55,593 nt of DNA, taken from NCBI GenBank assembly GCA_043803225.1, contig JAZDKF010000047.1, positions 1 to 55,593 of the forward strand, given 5' to 3'. Both the position numbers and the translations under genes were made by a program. Shown here in pieces: positions 48,129-55,593 of the stretch. Numbering within the stretch: position 1 is the first letter of the stretch; the number at the start of each line of letters is the position of its first letter. The notes beneath the pieces were generated by a model. The model did not search any database, was not told where the DNA came from, and saw nothing but the letters and a program-made list of their open reading frames with translations. The stretch is from Candidatus Beckwithbacteria bacterium (GTDB lineage Bacteria; Patescibacteriota; Microgenomatia; UBA1400; CG1-02-47-37).

Positions 48129-48779
48129 ATGCCGGCGAAGAACGTAGTTAAAGAATTTTATCCTGACGCATATTATCATATTTATAATCGAGGCGTAGCT
48201 AAACAGACTATTTTTATTGATGAACAAGATTATAAATCCTTTCTTTCTTATCTTAAAATTTATCTTTCCTCAATCGATAAATCCATAAAAGTCTCCCCTT
48301 CCAGAAAATTAAAAAATTATTTTCAGAAACTACGCTTGTTGGCTTATTGTCTTATGCCAAACCATTTTCATTTGTTTATTTGGCAAGAGAATAAAAATTC
48401 AATTAGTGAATTTATGCAATCGATTTTAACCAAGTATTCCATGTATTTTAATAAAAAATACAAACGAATCGGCCCTGTTTTCCAAGGTAAATATAAAGCA
48501 GTAAGAATCGTGTCTGAAAATCAGTTTACTTATTTATCAAAGTATCTTCATCGCAACCCTTTTCAAATTCTGCCTACAGGGTCGGACCTTGAAGGTTACA
48601 AATACTCAAGTTATCAAAATTATCTGAGAAAATTTAGCCAATCTTGGTTAGATATAAATGAGATTTTAAATTATTTTTCTAAAACTAAAACGTTTAATTC
48701 TTATAAAAACTTTGTTGAAGAAATTGATGAGACTGATTTACTAAGAATAAAAAACTTGGTCCTTGATTTAGATTTCTAA
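48129..48779 (+). CDS. REP-associated tyrosine transposase (RAYT) 2
   Basis: YYHIYNRG, AYCLMPNHFHLF, YLHRNP, YSSY. Confidence 0.92.
   Translation: MPAKNVVKEFYPDAYYHIYNRGVAKQTIFIDEQDYKSFLSYLKIYLSSIDKSIKVSPSRKLKNYFQKLRLLAYCLMPNHFHLFIWQENKNSISEFMQSILTKYSMYFNKKYKRIGPVFQGKYKAVRIVSENQFTYLSKYLHRNPFQILPTGSDLEGYKYSSYQNYLRKFSQSWLDINEILNYFSKTKTFNSYKNFVEEIDETDLLRIKNLVLDLDF
48573..48595. repeat. REP-2 copy inside RAYT2 CDS
   Basis: CCTACAGGGTCGGACCTTGAAGG. Confidence 0.85.
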
Positions 48780-49342
48780 CCTACAGGGTCGGACCCTGTA
48801 GGTTGGTGTAGGTTGTAAAGCAGAAAATTATAAACATCTTTTAAAACTTTTAATTCCTGCTGTTTTTGGTTTAGCCAGGCCTCTTTACCTCCACGTTTAT
48901 CAGGACTAAAAACTAATGCCTGCAATCCTTCCCTAGCAGCAGTAACTTGCCCTTGTGAAGCAAAGCAGCCGACTTCAACCCAAGGCTCGATATTGTCTTC
49001 ATTGACAATCGCATGAGCTATTATAAATGACCAAGGAAAATTGTTTCTTTCTAATCTCAAGGTAATTGTTCTGGCAACATCATCTTCAGATATGGGCGAG
49101 CAGGCAAAATAAAATCTGGTTATTTCTTCTGGCTGAAAGGTAAATTCAGGTTGAAAAACCCGTTTAAGATTTTCCGGCATTCTGTTCCAATCTATCAGAT
49201 CTTCGTTTGTACTTAATTCCACTAGCCCATCTGTTATTTTACCGAGTCCAGAAAAAACTTGCTTGACTTCTTGGACAATAGACTCCCTACCAGCGCTTAT
49301 CTCTTGATCCGACAATTGTTTTTCTACGAAAACAGACCCCAT
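48776..49342 (-). CDS. Hypothetical protein
   Basis: 188 aa ORF with AAGGA SD; last codons encoded by REP-2. Confidence 0.7.
   Translation of the reverse strand: MGSVFVEKQLSDQEISAGRESIVQEVKQVFSGLGKITDGLVELSTNEDLIDWNRMPENLKRVFQPEFTFQPEEITRFYFACSPISEDDVARTITLRLERNNFPWSFIIAHAIVNEDNIEPWVEVGCFASQGQVTAAREGLQALVFSPDKRGGKEAWLNQKQQELKVLKDVYNFLLYNLHQPTGSDPVG
48780..48802. repeat. REP-2 copy abutting the RAYT2 stop codon
   Basis: CCTACAGGGTCGGACCCTGTAGG, perfect 11-1-11 palindrome. Confidence 0.9.
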
Positions 49343-49371
49343 AGTTCTGTCCTTTGGATAGTGATTACAGC

Positions 49372-50661
49372 TTAGCTCTTGAGGTTAAGTTTGTCAAGAA
49401 GGATTTTTTGGGTTTGTTTCGGATCAGCCTGACCATGGGTAAGTTTCATTACCTGGCCAACTAAAAAACCTAAAACTGAAGTTTTGCCTGCCTTGTATTT
49501 AGCCACAACTTCAGAATTTTCAGTGATAACCTGATCAAGAAGATTCAGATCTATCTTAGCCGTAAGCCCTGCTCTTAATTGAGTATTTAGAGGTTTAGAA
49601 ATATCGATTTTTTTATTAACAATCAAGTTAGCTAGTTTGATTGGTTCAAGGTTTTTTAAATTAGCTTTAAAATATTGAAGTTTTTTTGGATCAGCAACGA
49701 TAATTTTTGCAGTATTAGCTGACAAATGATATTGATCAATAAGAGCTTTGATTCGACTGGCCGGTAACTGTGGCAGTTTAGATCTTAAAGCTTTAATATA
49801 TTCTGGGGTTAGAATAATCGGCGGAATATCCGGCTCAGGAAAGTAACGATAATCTTCGGCGGTTTCTTTAATTCTTTGAGTAAATGTTTGTTTTAATTTT
49901 GGATTATAGCCACGAGTTTCCTGCACTGGTTTCTTCTTGGATTTAAGAAATTCAGATTGACGGCTAATTTCATAGTTAATCGCCTGTTCGACAAACCGGA
50001 AAGAATTTAGGTTTTTAACTTCAACTTTGTAATCAGCCAGTTGGTTCGGATCCGGACTTAAGGAAATATTCGCTTCCAAGCGCATCGAGCCCTTTTCCAT
50101 ATCACAGTTAGAAACATTTAAGCTTCTGACGATCGCCTGAAGTTTTTTTAAAAACTCTTTAGCATCAGCAGCGTGATGCAAGTCCGGCTCGGTGACAATT
50201 TCCACCAAAGGCACGCCGGAACGATTAAAATCAATCAGCGTCACAGGCTGGTTATTAACTTTTTTATGAATCAGTTTGGCAGTGTCTTCTTCCAAATGAA
50301 CCCGGTTGATGCGCACAATTTTACCGGAATCAAGTTCAAGCTTACCGGAAAAACAAAATGGATCGTCCAGCTGGGAAATCTGGTAACCTTTGGGCAGATC
50401 CGGATAAAAGTAATGCTTGCGATCAAAAGTAGTTTCCAAGTTAATTTGACAGTCTAAAGCCAAACCAACCATAATCGCCCAGTCAATCGCTTTTTGGTTC
50501 GGCACCGGCAATGCTCCGGGCAGGCCCAAACACACTGGACAAGTATGGGTATTAGGTTTAACCTGAAAATGAACAGCCGGACAAGTACAAAACATCTTGG
50601 ATAATGTTTTCAATTCTACGTGAATTTCCAAACCGATAGTCGGATATAGTTTAGGGGTCAT
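49372..50661 (-). CDS. gatB: Asp/Glu-tRNA amidotransferase subunit B
   Basis: IGLEIHVEL, YFYPDLPKGYQISQ, HLEEDTAK, DYRYFPEPD. Confidence 0.96.
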   Translation of the reverse strand: MTPKLYPTIGLEIHVELKTLSKMFCTCPAVHFQVKPNTHTCPVCLGLPGALPVPNQKAIDWAIMVGLALDCQINLETTFDRKHYFYPDLPKGYQISQLDDPFCFSGKLELDSGKIVRINRVHLEEDTAKLIHKKVNNQPVTLIDFNRSGVPLVEIVTEPDLHHAADAKEFLKKLQAIVRSLNVSNCDMEKGSMRLEANISLSPDPNQLADYKVEVKNLNSFRFVEQAINYEISRQSEFLKSKKKPVQETRGYNPKLKQTFTQRIKETAEDYRYFPEPDIPPIILTPEYIKALRSKLPQLPASRIKALIDQYHLSANTAKIIVADPKKLQYFKANLKNLEPIKLANLIVNKKIDISKPLNTQLRAGLTAKIDLNLLDQVITENSEVVAKYKAGKTSVLGFLVGQVMKLTHGQADPKQTQKILLDKLNLKS

Positions 50662-52061
50662 AAATCAGGTTTTTGTAAATGATAATCAGTTGCTTGCTGA
50701 TAGGCCTGAGCCACCTGGAAAACTTTAGTTTCGTTAAATTGATTAGCCGTCAGCTGCAAACCAATTGGTAAGCCATTGATAAAACCGCAAGGCAAGCTAA
50801 TACCGGTTAAGCCGGCAATGGAACTGGCTTCAACCAAACGGTCTTCAAGTTCGCCAAACATCGGATTGTTTTTAGATCCGCCCAGCTTTAAGGCCGGACC
50901 CGGAGAAGTCGGCCCCAGATACAGATCAAAGTTTTTAAATAACCGGTTAAAATCATTAATAATCAAAGCTCTGACTTTTTGCGCCTGAATATAAAGTTCG
51001 CCTTCCTGATGATAACGTGAAGATAAAATATAAGTTCCCAGCATCATCCGGTTTTTCGCTTCGCTACTAAAACTTGACCGGTCATGGCCAAAACGGACAC
51101 CGTCGTAACGAGCAAGATTAGAAGACACTTCAGCCCGTTGGACAAGAGTATAAACACCAATGGCATATTTCGGATCCAGCAAAGAAACCGGTTCAATTAC
51201 AGCACCCAAAGCTTTAAATTTTTCAATTGCCTGATTGATCAATTTAATTACCCGAGGATCTAAATCTTTAGATAAATATTCTTTGGGGACAGCGATTTTG
51301 AACCCTTTAATAGACTGGTTTAAGTTGGATAAATAATCCCCGACCGGCAGAGAACTGGTGGTGGCATCATAAGGATCCTGGCCAGCAATAATTTGGGTAA
51401 TTAAAGCCGTATCGGCAGCAGTTTTAGCCAAAGGTCCGGGCGAATCAGTCGAAGAAGCCATCGCAATCACGCCATAGCGGGAAACCCGGCCATAACTGGG
51501 TTTAAAACCGGTAACGCCGCACCAAGCCGCTGGCTGACGGATAGAGCCGGCAGTTTCGGTACCAATTGCAAAAGTACACATGTCAGCACTAACCGCAGCC
51601 GCAGAACCGCCGGAAGAACCGCCGGGCAAATAAGCCAAATTCCAGGGATTATGAGTCGGACCAAAATCAGAACTTTCAGTCGATGAACCATGCGCCCAGG
51701 CATCCATATTTGTCTTACCTAAAATAATTGCTCCGGCTGCTGCCAAACGTTTAACCACAGTGGCTGAATAAGTGGGAATAAAATCTTCCAGAAGTTTAGC
51801 CGAGGCCGTGGTTTTCAAACCTTTAGTTAAAAAATTATCTTTAACCGCTACCGGAATGCCTTTCAGTGGTTTAACAGCCGAGTCTTTATCAGCTAGTTTT
51901 GCCTGATCTAATGCTTTTTCGTTTAAAGTTAAAAAGGCCTTAACTAAAGAATCTTTAGTTTTAATTTGTTCCAAACACGACTGAACCAATTCCTGAGAGG
52001 AAAAGCGTTTTTGTTTTAAGCCATCAAGGGCTTCAGTCAAAGATAATTGGTTAGGTTTCAT
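50658..52061 (-). CDS. gatA: Asp/Glu-tRNA amidotransferase subunit A
   Basis: VKDN, GKTNMD, PGGSSGGS, GSIRQPA, SNLARYDG. Confidence 0.96.
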   Translation of the reverse strand: MKPNQLSLTEALDGLKQKRFSSQELVQSCLEQIKTKDSLVKAFLTLNEKALDQAKLADKDSAVKPLKGIPVAVKDNFLTKGLKTTASAKLLEDFIPTYSATVVKRLAAAGAIILGKTNMDAWAHGSSTESSDFGPTHNPWNLAYLPGGSSGGSAAAVSADMCTFAIGTETAGSIRQPAAWCGVTGFKPSYGRVSRYGVIAMASSTDSPGPLAKTAADTALITQIIAGQDPYDATTSSLPVGDYLSNLNQSIKGFKIAVPKEYLSKDLDPRVIKLINQAIEKFKALGAVIEPVSLLDPKYAIGVYTLVQRAEVSSNLARYDGVRFGHDRSSFSSEAKNRMMLGTYILSSRYHQEGELYIQAQKVRALIINDFNRLFKNFDLYLGPTSPGPALKLGGSKNNPMFGELEDRLVEASSIAGLTGISLPCGFINGLPIGLQLTANQFNETKVFQVAQAYQQATDYHLQKPDL

Positions 52062-52341
52062 GCAAGATAGCTTTCACCACAAAGTAACCTTGATAAGTGG
52101 AAGGGGTATTCTTTAAGGCCTCTGCCTGGGTAAAAGTTCGTTTTAAATCAATCTTGTCTTTCCGGGTAATATTGGATAATCCAGTAACCTGAAAATTAGG
52201 ACTGATCCCTGGGGTATCCAACTGGTTTAAAAGCGAAACCGTGGTTAAAGTTTGGTTAAAGCCGTTTTGAAGCTTTTTAGCTTCAGCAGGTTTAACCGTA
52301 AGATTAATTTTTTTTGCTAAATAATTAACATCAACTTTCAT
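52051..52341 (-). CDS. gatC: Asp/Glu-tRNA amidotransferase subunit C
   Basis: Size, LNQLDT, TRKD, GYFVVKAIL; directly upstream of gatA. Confidence 0.85.
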   Translation of the reverse strand: MKVDVNYLAKKINLTVKPAEAKKLQNGFNQTLTTVSLLNQLDTPGISPNFQVTGLSNITRKDKIDLKRTFTQAEALKNTPSTYQGYFVVKAILHET

Positions 52342-52350
52342 GAACCTAGT

Positions 52351-53259
52351 TTAACTCATTTGGGCTAAAGCTTCTACCCTGTCTTTAATACTCGGGTGGG
52401 TGTTAAATAAGCCGGAAAACCAGCCGATAGAATCGTGGCGGTTCTTTAATGGATTAGTAATATACAGATGCGCCGTGGCTTTGTTGGCTACTTCCAAAGG
52501 TTCTTTATCAGAATCAATTTTTTTTAACGCCCGGATTAAGCCGTCAGGAAAACGAGTCAGTTTCACGGCTGAAGCATCAGCCAAGAATTCACGGCGGCGG
52601 GAAATCGCCAGCTTAATCAAGTTAGCAATCAAAGGTGACAGCAAAGCCAGAACCAAGCCGGCGCAAAACATAACCAATTGCAGTTGGTTATTGTCTTTAT
52701 TATCAGAATGGTTCCGGCCGAAAAAAGTTGAGCGTAAAAACCAATCGGCCAGCAAAGTGACCGTGCCGACCATCACAGTCACTATCGACATCAAACGCAT
52801 GTCGAAGTTACCCACATGAGACAGTTCATGGGCAATGACGCCTTCCAGTTCAGTCCGATCCAGCTTGGCCAGCAAACCAGAAGTAGCGCAAATAACCGCG
52901 TGCTGGGGATCACGGCCGGTGGCAAAAGCATTTGTGGCAGTGTCCTCAATCACATACAATTTCGGCTTAGGCAAACCGGCGGCTAAGCATAAATTCTCCG
53001 CGACCGTGTAAAAAAGAAAGTCTTTCTGGCGATTAGCTTCCCTGGCTCCGGCCAAGCCTAGAATAATTTTGTCAGAGAAATAATAGGAAATATAGGACAT
53101 TAAGCCGGAAAAAATTAAAGCCAAACCAACCCAAGATAAGCCATAACCCGAGGCTTCGCCCAGAATGTAGGCAAAGCCAGCTACAAACACAGTGAAAACA
53201 ATCATTACTAACAGGCTTTTACGCTTATTGCTGTCTACCTGTTCATAAACATTCAGCAT
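52351..53259 (-). CDS. htpX: M48 zinc metalloprotease HtpX
   Basis: NAFATG, GVIAHELSH, SRRREFLADA, THP. Confidence 0.93.
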   Translation of the reverse strand: MLNVYEQVDSNKRKSLLVMIVFTVFVAGFAYILGEASGYGLSWVGLALIFSGLMSYISYYFSDKIILGLAGAREANRQKDFLFYTVAENLCLAAGLPKPKLYVIEDTATNAFATGRDPQHAVICATSGLLAKLDRTELEGVIAHELSHVGNFDMRLMSIVTVMVGTVTLLADWFLRSTFFGRNHSDNKDNNQLQLVMFCAGLVLALLSPLIANLIKLAISRRREFLADASAVKLTRFPDGLIRALKKIDSDKEPLEVANKATAHLYITNPLKNRHDSIGWFSGLFNTHPSIKDRVEALAQMS

Positions 53260-53262
53260 AGG

Positions 53263-53850
53263 TTACAAATCAACCTTGGGCGTTTTCATCTCCTCGGCAG
53301 AAACTTCGACATGAGTGCCGGTTGCCGCTGTTTTTAAACCCGGTTTTTGGCTGAATTTAAACAGCGAAGCGACTAAACTGCTGGGAACAGTGACGATCAT
53401 GACATTGAAGTCAGCGGTTAAATCAATTAAAGTCCGACGGGAATACATGACTTTGTCAGCGGTGTCTCGCAGCTCATCCATGAGTTTCTGGGTCGGTCCG
53501 GCTGCCTGAAGTTCCGGAGTTGATTCAAAAACCGCTCTTATCGGTGCCATAGCCTGGGAAACAACCGAAGCCGCATCAACCAGTTTTTGAGAGTCGTTAG
53601 ACTTAACTGCCTCTAAAATAGTTTTCCGAGCAGCAGTAATCTTATCCAGAGCTTTTTGTTCATGCTTCATGTAGCCTTTAACTGAAGCGACTAAATTCGG
53701 GATCATTTCGGCTTGGCGTTTCAGCTGGTTACCAATCTCCTGGATTGAAGCAGTCAATCTGGTTTCCAGAGTTTTAAACTTGTTATAAACAGACAGAACA
53801 TAGAAGCCAATGGCTAGGCCTAGGGCTAAAAGAATCATGGGTAAAGACAT
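53263..53850 (-). CDS. lemA: LemA family protein
   Basis: N-terminal TM, YN.F, QLKRQAEMIPNLVASVKGY, FN..I...P; AGGAGG SD. Confidence 0.9.
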   Translation of the reverse strand: MSLPMILLALGLAIGFYVLSVYNKFKTLETRLTASIQEIGNQLKRQAEMIPNLVASVKGYMKHEQKALDKITAARKTILEAVKSNDSQKLVDAASVVSQAMAPIRAVFESTPELQAAGPTQKLMDELRDTADKVMYSRRTLIDLTADFNVMIVTVPSSLVASLFKFSQKPGLKTAATGTHVEVSAEEMKTPKVDL

Positions 53851-53925
53851 AAAGCCTCCTACTTATTATTTCAATTGCAGGCTTAGTATAAAACCTTAAC
53901 TATTATAAAATCAAGTTTAGTTCCC

Positions 53926-53954
53926 TTGACGGTGAAGAGATTACTTGAGATAAT
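53926..53954 (+). promoter_or_regulatory. Putative tRNA-Asp promoter
   Basis: TTGACG, 17 nt, GATAAT. Confidence 0.5.
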
Positions 53955-53964
53955 GTCAGTGTTT

Positions 53965-54038
53965 GGACTCGTAGTGTAGTTGGTTAACACGCGTCCCTGT
54001 CAAGGACGAAATCGCCGGTTCGAGTCCGGTCGGGTCCG
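53965..54038 (+). tRNA. tRNA-Asp(GUC)
   Basis: GGACTCG/CGGGTCC acceptor, anticodon arm CGTCC-CTGTCAA-GGACG. Confidence 0.95.
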
Positions 54039-54153
54039 CAACGTACAAAATCAAAGATTTTTACGTTGCTGAAACTTTTAAATTTTGAAATAATTTATTA
54101 CGTTTCGCCAGCGTTTGCCTGTCAACGACTCATCTGCCCGGAAAGGAGGAAAA

Positions 54154-54657
54154 ATGCTAAAAGAATTTTTAAAGACATTGCGGCTTAACGAACAAAAAAT
54201 CAGCATGCTTTTAGGGGCAGTGGTTGTGGTAATTGTGGGAGTGTTAATTTATAACTACTTTACCGGCATTAACCGTCAACCGGAAGTGGCTCAATCCACA
54301 GAAGAGCAACCATTGGTTAAAATCCACAAGGTAGCCAAAGGTGAGTCTTTATGGCAAATCAGCCTGAAGTACTACAACAATGGTTATAAATGGGCGGAAA
54401 TCGCCAAGGATAATAATTTGGTTAATCCTGACCTGATCGAAGTCGGCCAGGAGTTAATTGTTCCTGAATTAGAAGAAACACCGATGACCATCTCGACCTC
54501 TGAATATCTGGTAGTTAAAGGCGATAACCTTTGGAAGATCGCGGTCCGTGCTTATGCAGACGGCTATCAATGGGTGAAAATCTGGGAAGCCAACAAGGCA
54601 AATATTCCCAACCCGGACCTGATCGAAGTCGGAACAAAATTGGTATTGCCAAGATAA
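54154..54657 (+). CDS. Membrane-anchored protein with two LysM domains
   Basis: TM helix, HKVAKGESLWQIS..YY..G.KW..IA..N...NPDLIEVGQ.L twice; AAAGGAGG SD before ATG 54154. Confidence 0.92.
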   Translation: MLKEFLKTLRLNEQKISMLLGAVVVVIVGVLIYNYFTGINRQPEVAQSTEEQPLVKIHKVAKGESLWQISLKYYNNGYKWAEIAKDNNLVNPDLIEVGQELIVPELEETPMTISTSEYLVVKGDNLWKIAVRAYADGYQWVKIWEANKANIPNPDLIEVGTKLVLPR

Positions 54658-54713
54658 TCTCTGGCAAATTTAAGTTGGAAAAACCTGTTAATTCAGGGTA
54701 GAATTAGTGGCGC

Positions 54714-54786
54714 GCGGGAGTAGCTCAATTGGTAGAGCGTCTGCTTCCCAAGCAGAAGGCAGCGAGATCATAGCTCGTCTCCCGCT
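54714..54786 (+). tRNA. tRNA-Gly(CCC) with atypical T-loop
   Basis: GCGGGAG/CTCCCGC-U73, anticodon arm TCTGC-TTCCCAA-GCAGA, T-arm GCGAG-ATCATAG-CTCGT. Confidence 0.88.
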
Positions 54787-55241
54787 CAAAAAATTTTCAA
54801 AATCTTGTATTCCACCGGGCCGTTAGGAGTAGAAAATTTAACAATCTCGTTGGTTTTTTTACCAATAATGGCTTTTCCTAAAGGTGACAGTTGGGAGATC
54901 AAGTTTTTAGCCGGGTCAGATTCATAGCCGCCGACGATAGAATACTGAAGGTCTTTTTTCCCGTCATTTAAAATCACCTGATTGCCGATCTGGACCGTAT
55001 CGTGTCCGCTGGATTTAACAATTTCAGCGGATTTAATTAATCTTTCCAAGTACCGGATCCGGGAATCCAGGAAAGACAGCCGGGCTTTAGATTCTTTGTA
55101 ATAACCGTTTTCCGATAAATCCCCCATTTCCCGGGCTTTTTGCAAGTTCTCCACCACTTCCGGCCGTTCGGCTAAATACTTGTCTTTTTGCTTTAACAAA
55201 TCATCATAGCCGGCTTGAGTAAAGGGAATTTGAGCTGTCAT
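54786..55241 (-). CDS. greA: Transcription elongation factor GreA
   Basis: GDLSENGYY, VQIGNQV, IS..SPLGKAIIG; start at ATG 55241. Confidence 0.95.
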   Translation of the reverse strand: MTAQIPFTQAGYDDLLKQKDKYLAERPEVVENLQKAREMGDLSENGYYKESKARLSFLDSRIRYLERLIKSAEIVKSSGHDTVQIGNQVILNDGKKDLQYSIVGGYESDPAKNLISQLSPLGKAIIGKKTNEIVKFSTPNGPVEYKILKIF

Positions 55242-55593
55242 AGAAAATTCAGTTGAAAAATTGAGAAGTTTAAGTAAGCAGCAAAACCGACCCAGAGTAA
55301 ATAGGGTACTAACAGCCAAGCGGACAATTTACTATAGCGACTGAATTGGAGAATTACAGCCAAGATCAGACCCCACAAAATTATTATTTCCACCAAGGCC
55401 AGACCCGGGTTTTTTAATCCGAAAAACAAGACTGACCAGAGACTATTAAAAGCTAAGTGGATTAAAAATAAACCTTTAGGCGCGTTTTTTTGCCAGGCAA
55501 GATACCAGGATAAACCCATCAATAAATAGAGTGTGGTCCAGACAGGGGCAAACAGCCAATCAGGCGGGGAAAAGGCCGGTTTGGCTAGATACT
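55238..55593 (-). CDS. tspO: TspO/MBR tryptophan-rich sensory protein (5'-partial, runs off the window)
   Basis: Frame open to the window end: KPAFSPPDWLFAPVWTTLY; LNSLWS-like FNSLWSVLFFG, LLVPYLLWVGFAAYLN. Confidence 0.92.
   Translation of the reverse strand, partial: YLAKPAFSPPDWLFAPVWTTLYLLMGLSWYLAWQKNAPKGLFLIHLAFNSLWSVLFFGLKNPGLALVEIIILWGLILAVILQFSRYSKLSAWLLVPYLLWVGFAAYLNFSIFQLNFL

Larger units (their letters stand above)
48091..48802 (+). mobile_element. REP-bounded RAYT element 2
   Basis: Second tyrosine transposase bounded by and containing 23-bp palindromes CCTACAGGGTC-G-GACC(T/C)TGTAGG. Confidence 0.75.

Noticed and set aside
54063-54153. c-di-AMP (ydaO) riboswitch upstream of the LysM gene, suggested by GCTGAA
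   Set aside because: The region is too short and AT-rich, and the remaining conserved ydaO elements are not recognisable.

Overview
This is an AT-rich, very compact bacterial chromosome segment using the standard code (TGA is a stop). Gene content points to Patescibacteria/CPR, probably the Microgenomates group; this is inferred from the short uvrC, the secG plus orphan SBP pair, the archaeal-type PGI/PMI and tRNA-Arg(UCG), not from a database search. Most of the window is housekeeping: a DEAD-box helicase, CarD-like protein, cyclophilin, tgt, uvrBAC, thiN, secG, lexA, a fermentation cluster (2-oxoacid:ferredoxin oxidoreductase, ADP-forming acyl-CoA ligase, gpmI, eno, ppsA, PGI/PMI, PMM), a complete F1Fo atpBEFHAGDC operon, rplS, pyrG, dnaE, gatCAB, lemA-htpX, LysM, greA, partial tspO and 8 tRNAs. 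Three structures are not explained by the ORF track. (1) Behind tRNA-His lie four short genes, each preceded by a copy of a ~29-bp quasi-palindromic direct repeat (CTAAC-N7-GYTAG core), resembling a recombination-site cassette array. (2) At tRNA-Lys(CUU) there is a 1.1-kb element bounded by a 14-bp direct repeat. Its two ends appear to carry the two halves of a recombinase C-terminus split at the att site, and its cargo is a squalene/phytoene-synthase-like gene. A similar relic sits at the left window edge. (3) Two REP-associated tyrosine transposases each carry their own 23-bp palindrome at the promoter, at the stop codon and inside the coding sequence. Many genes also appear to be leaderless (-10 box 5-8 nt before ATG), and tRNA-Gly(CCC) has a non-canonical T-loop. 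No CRISPR array or rRNA was seen.
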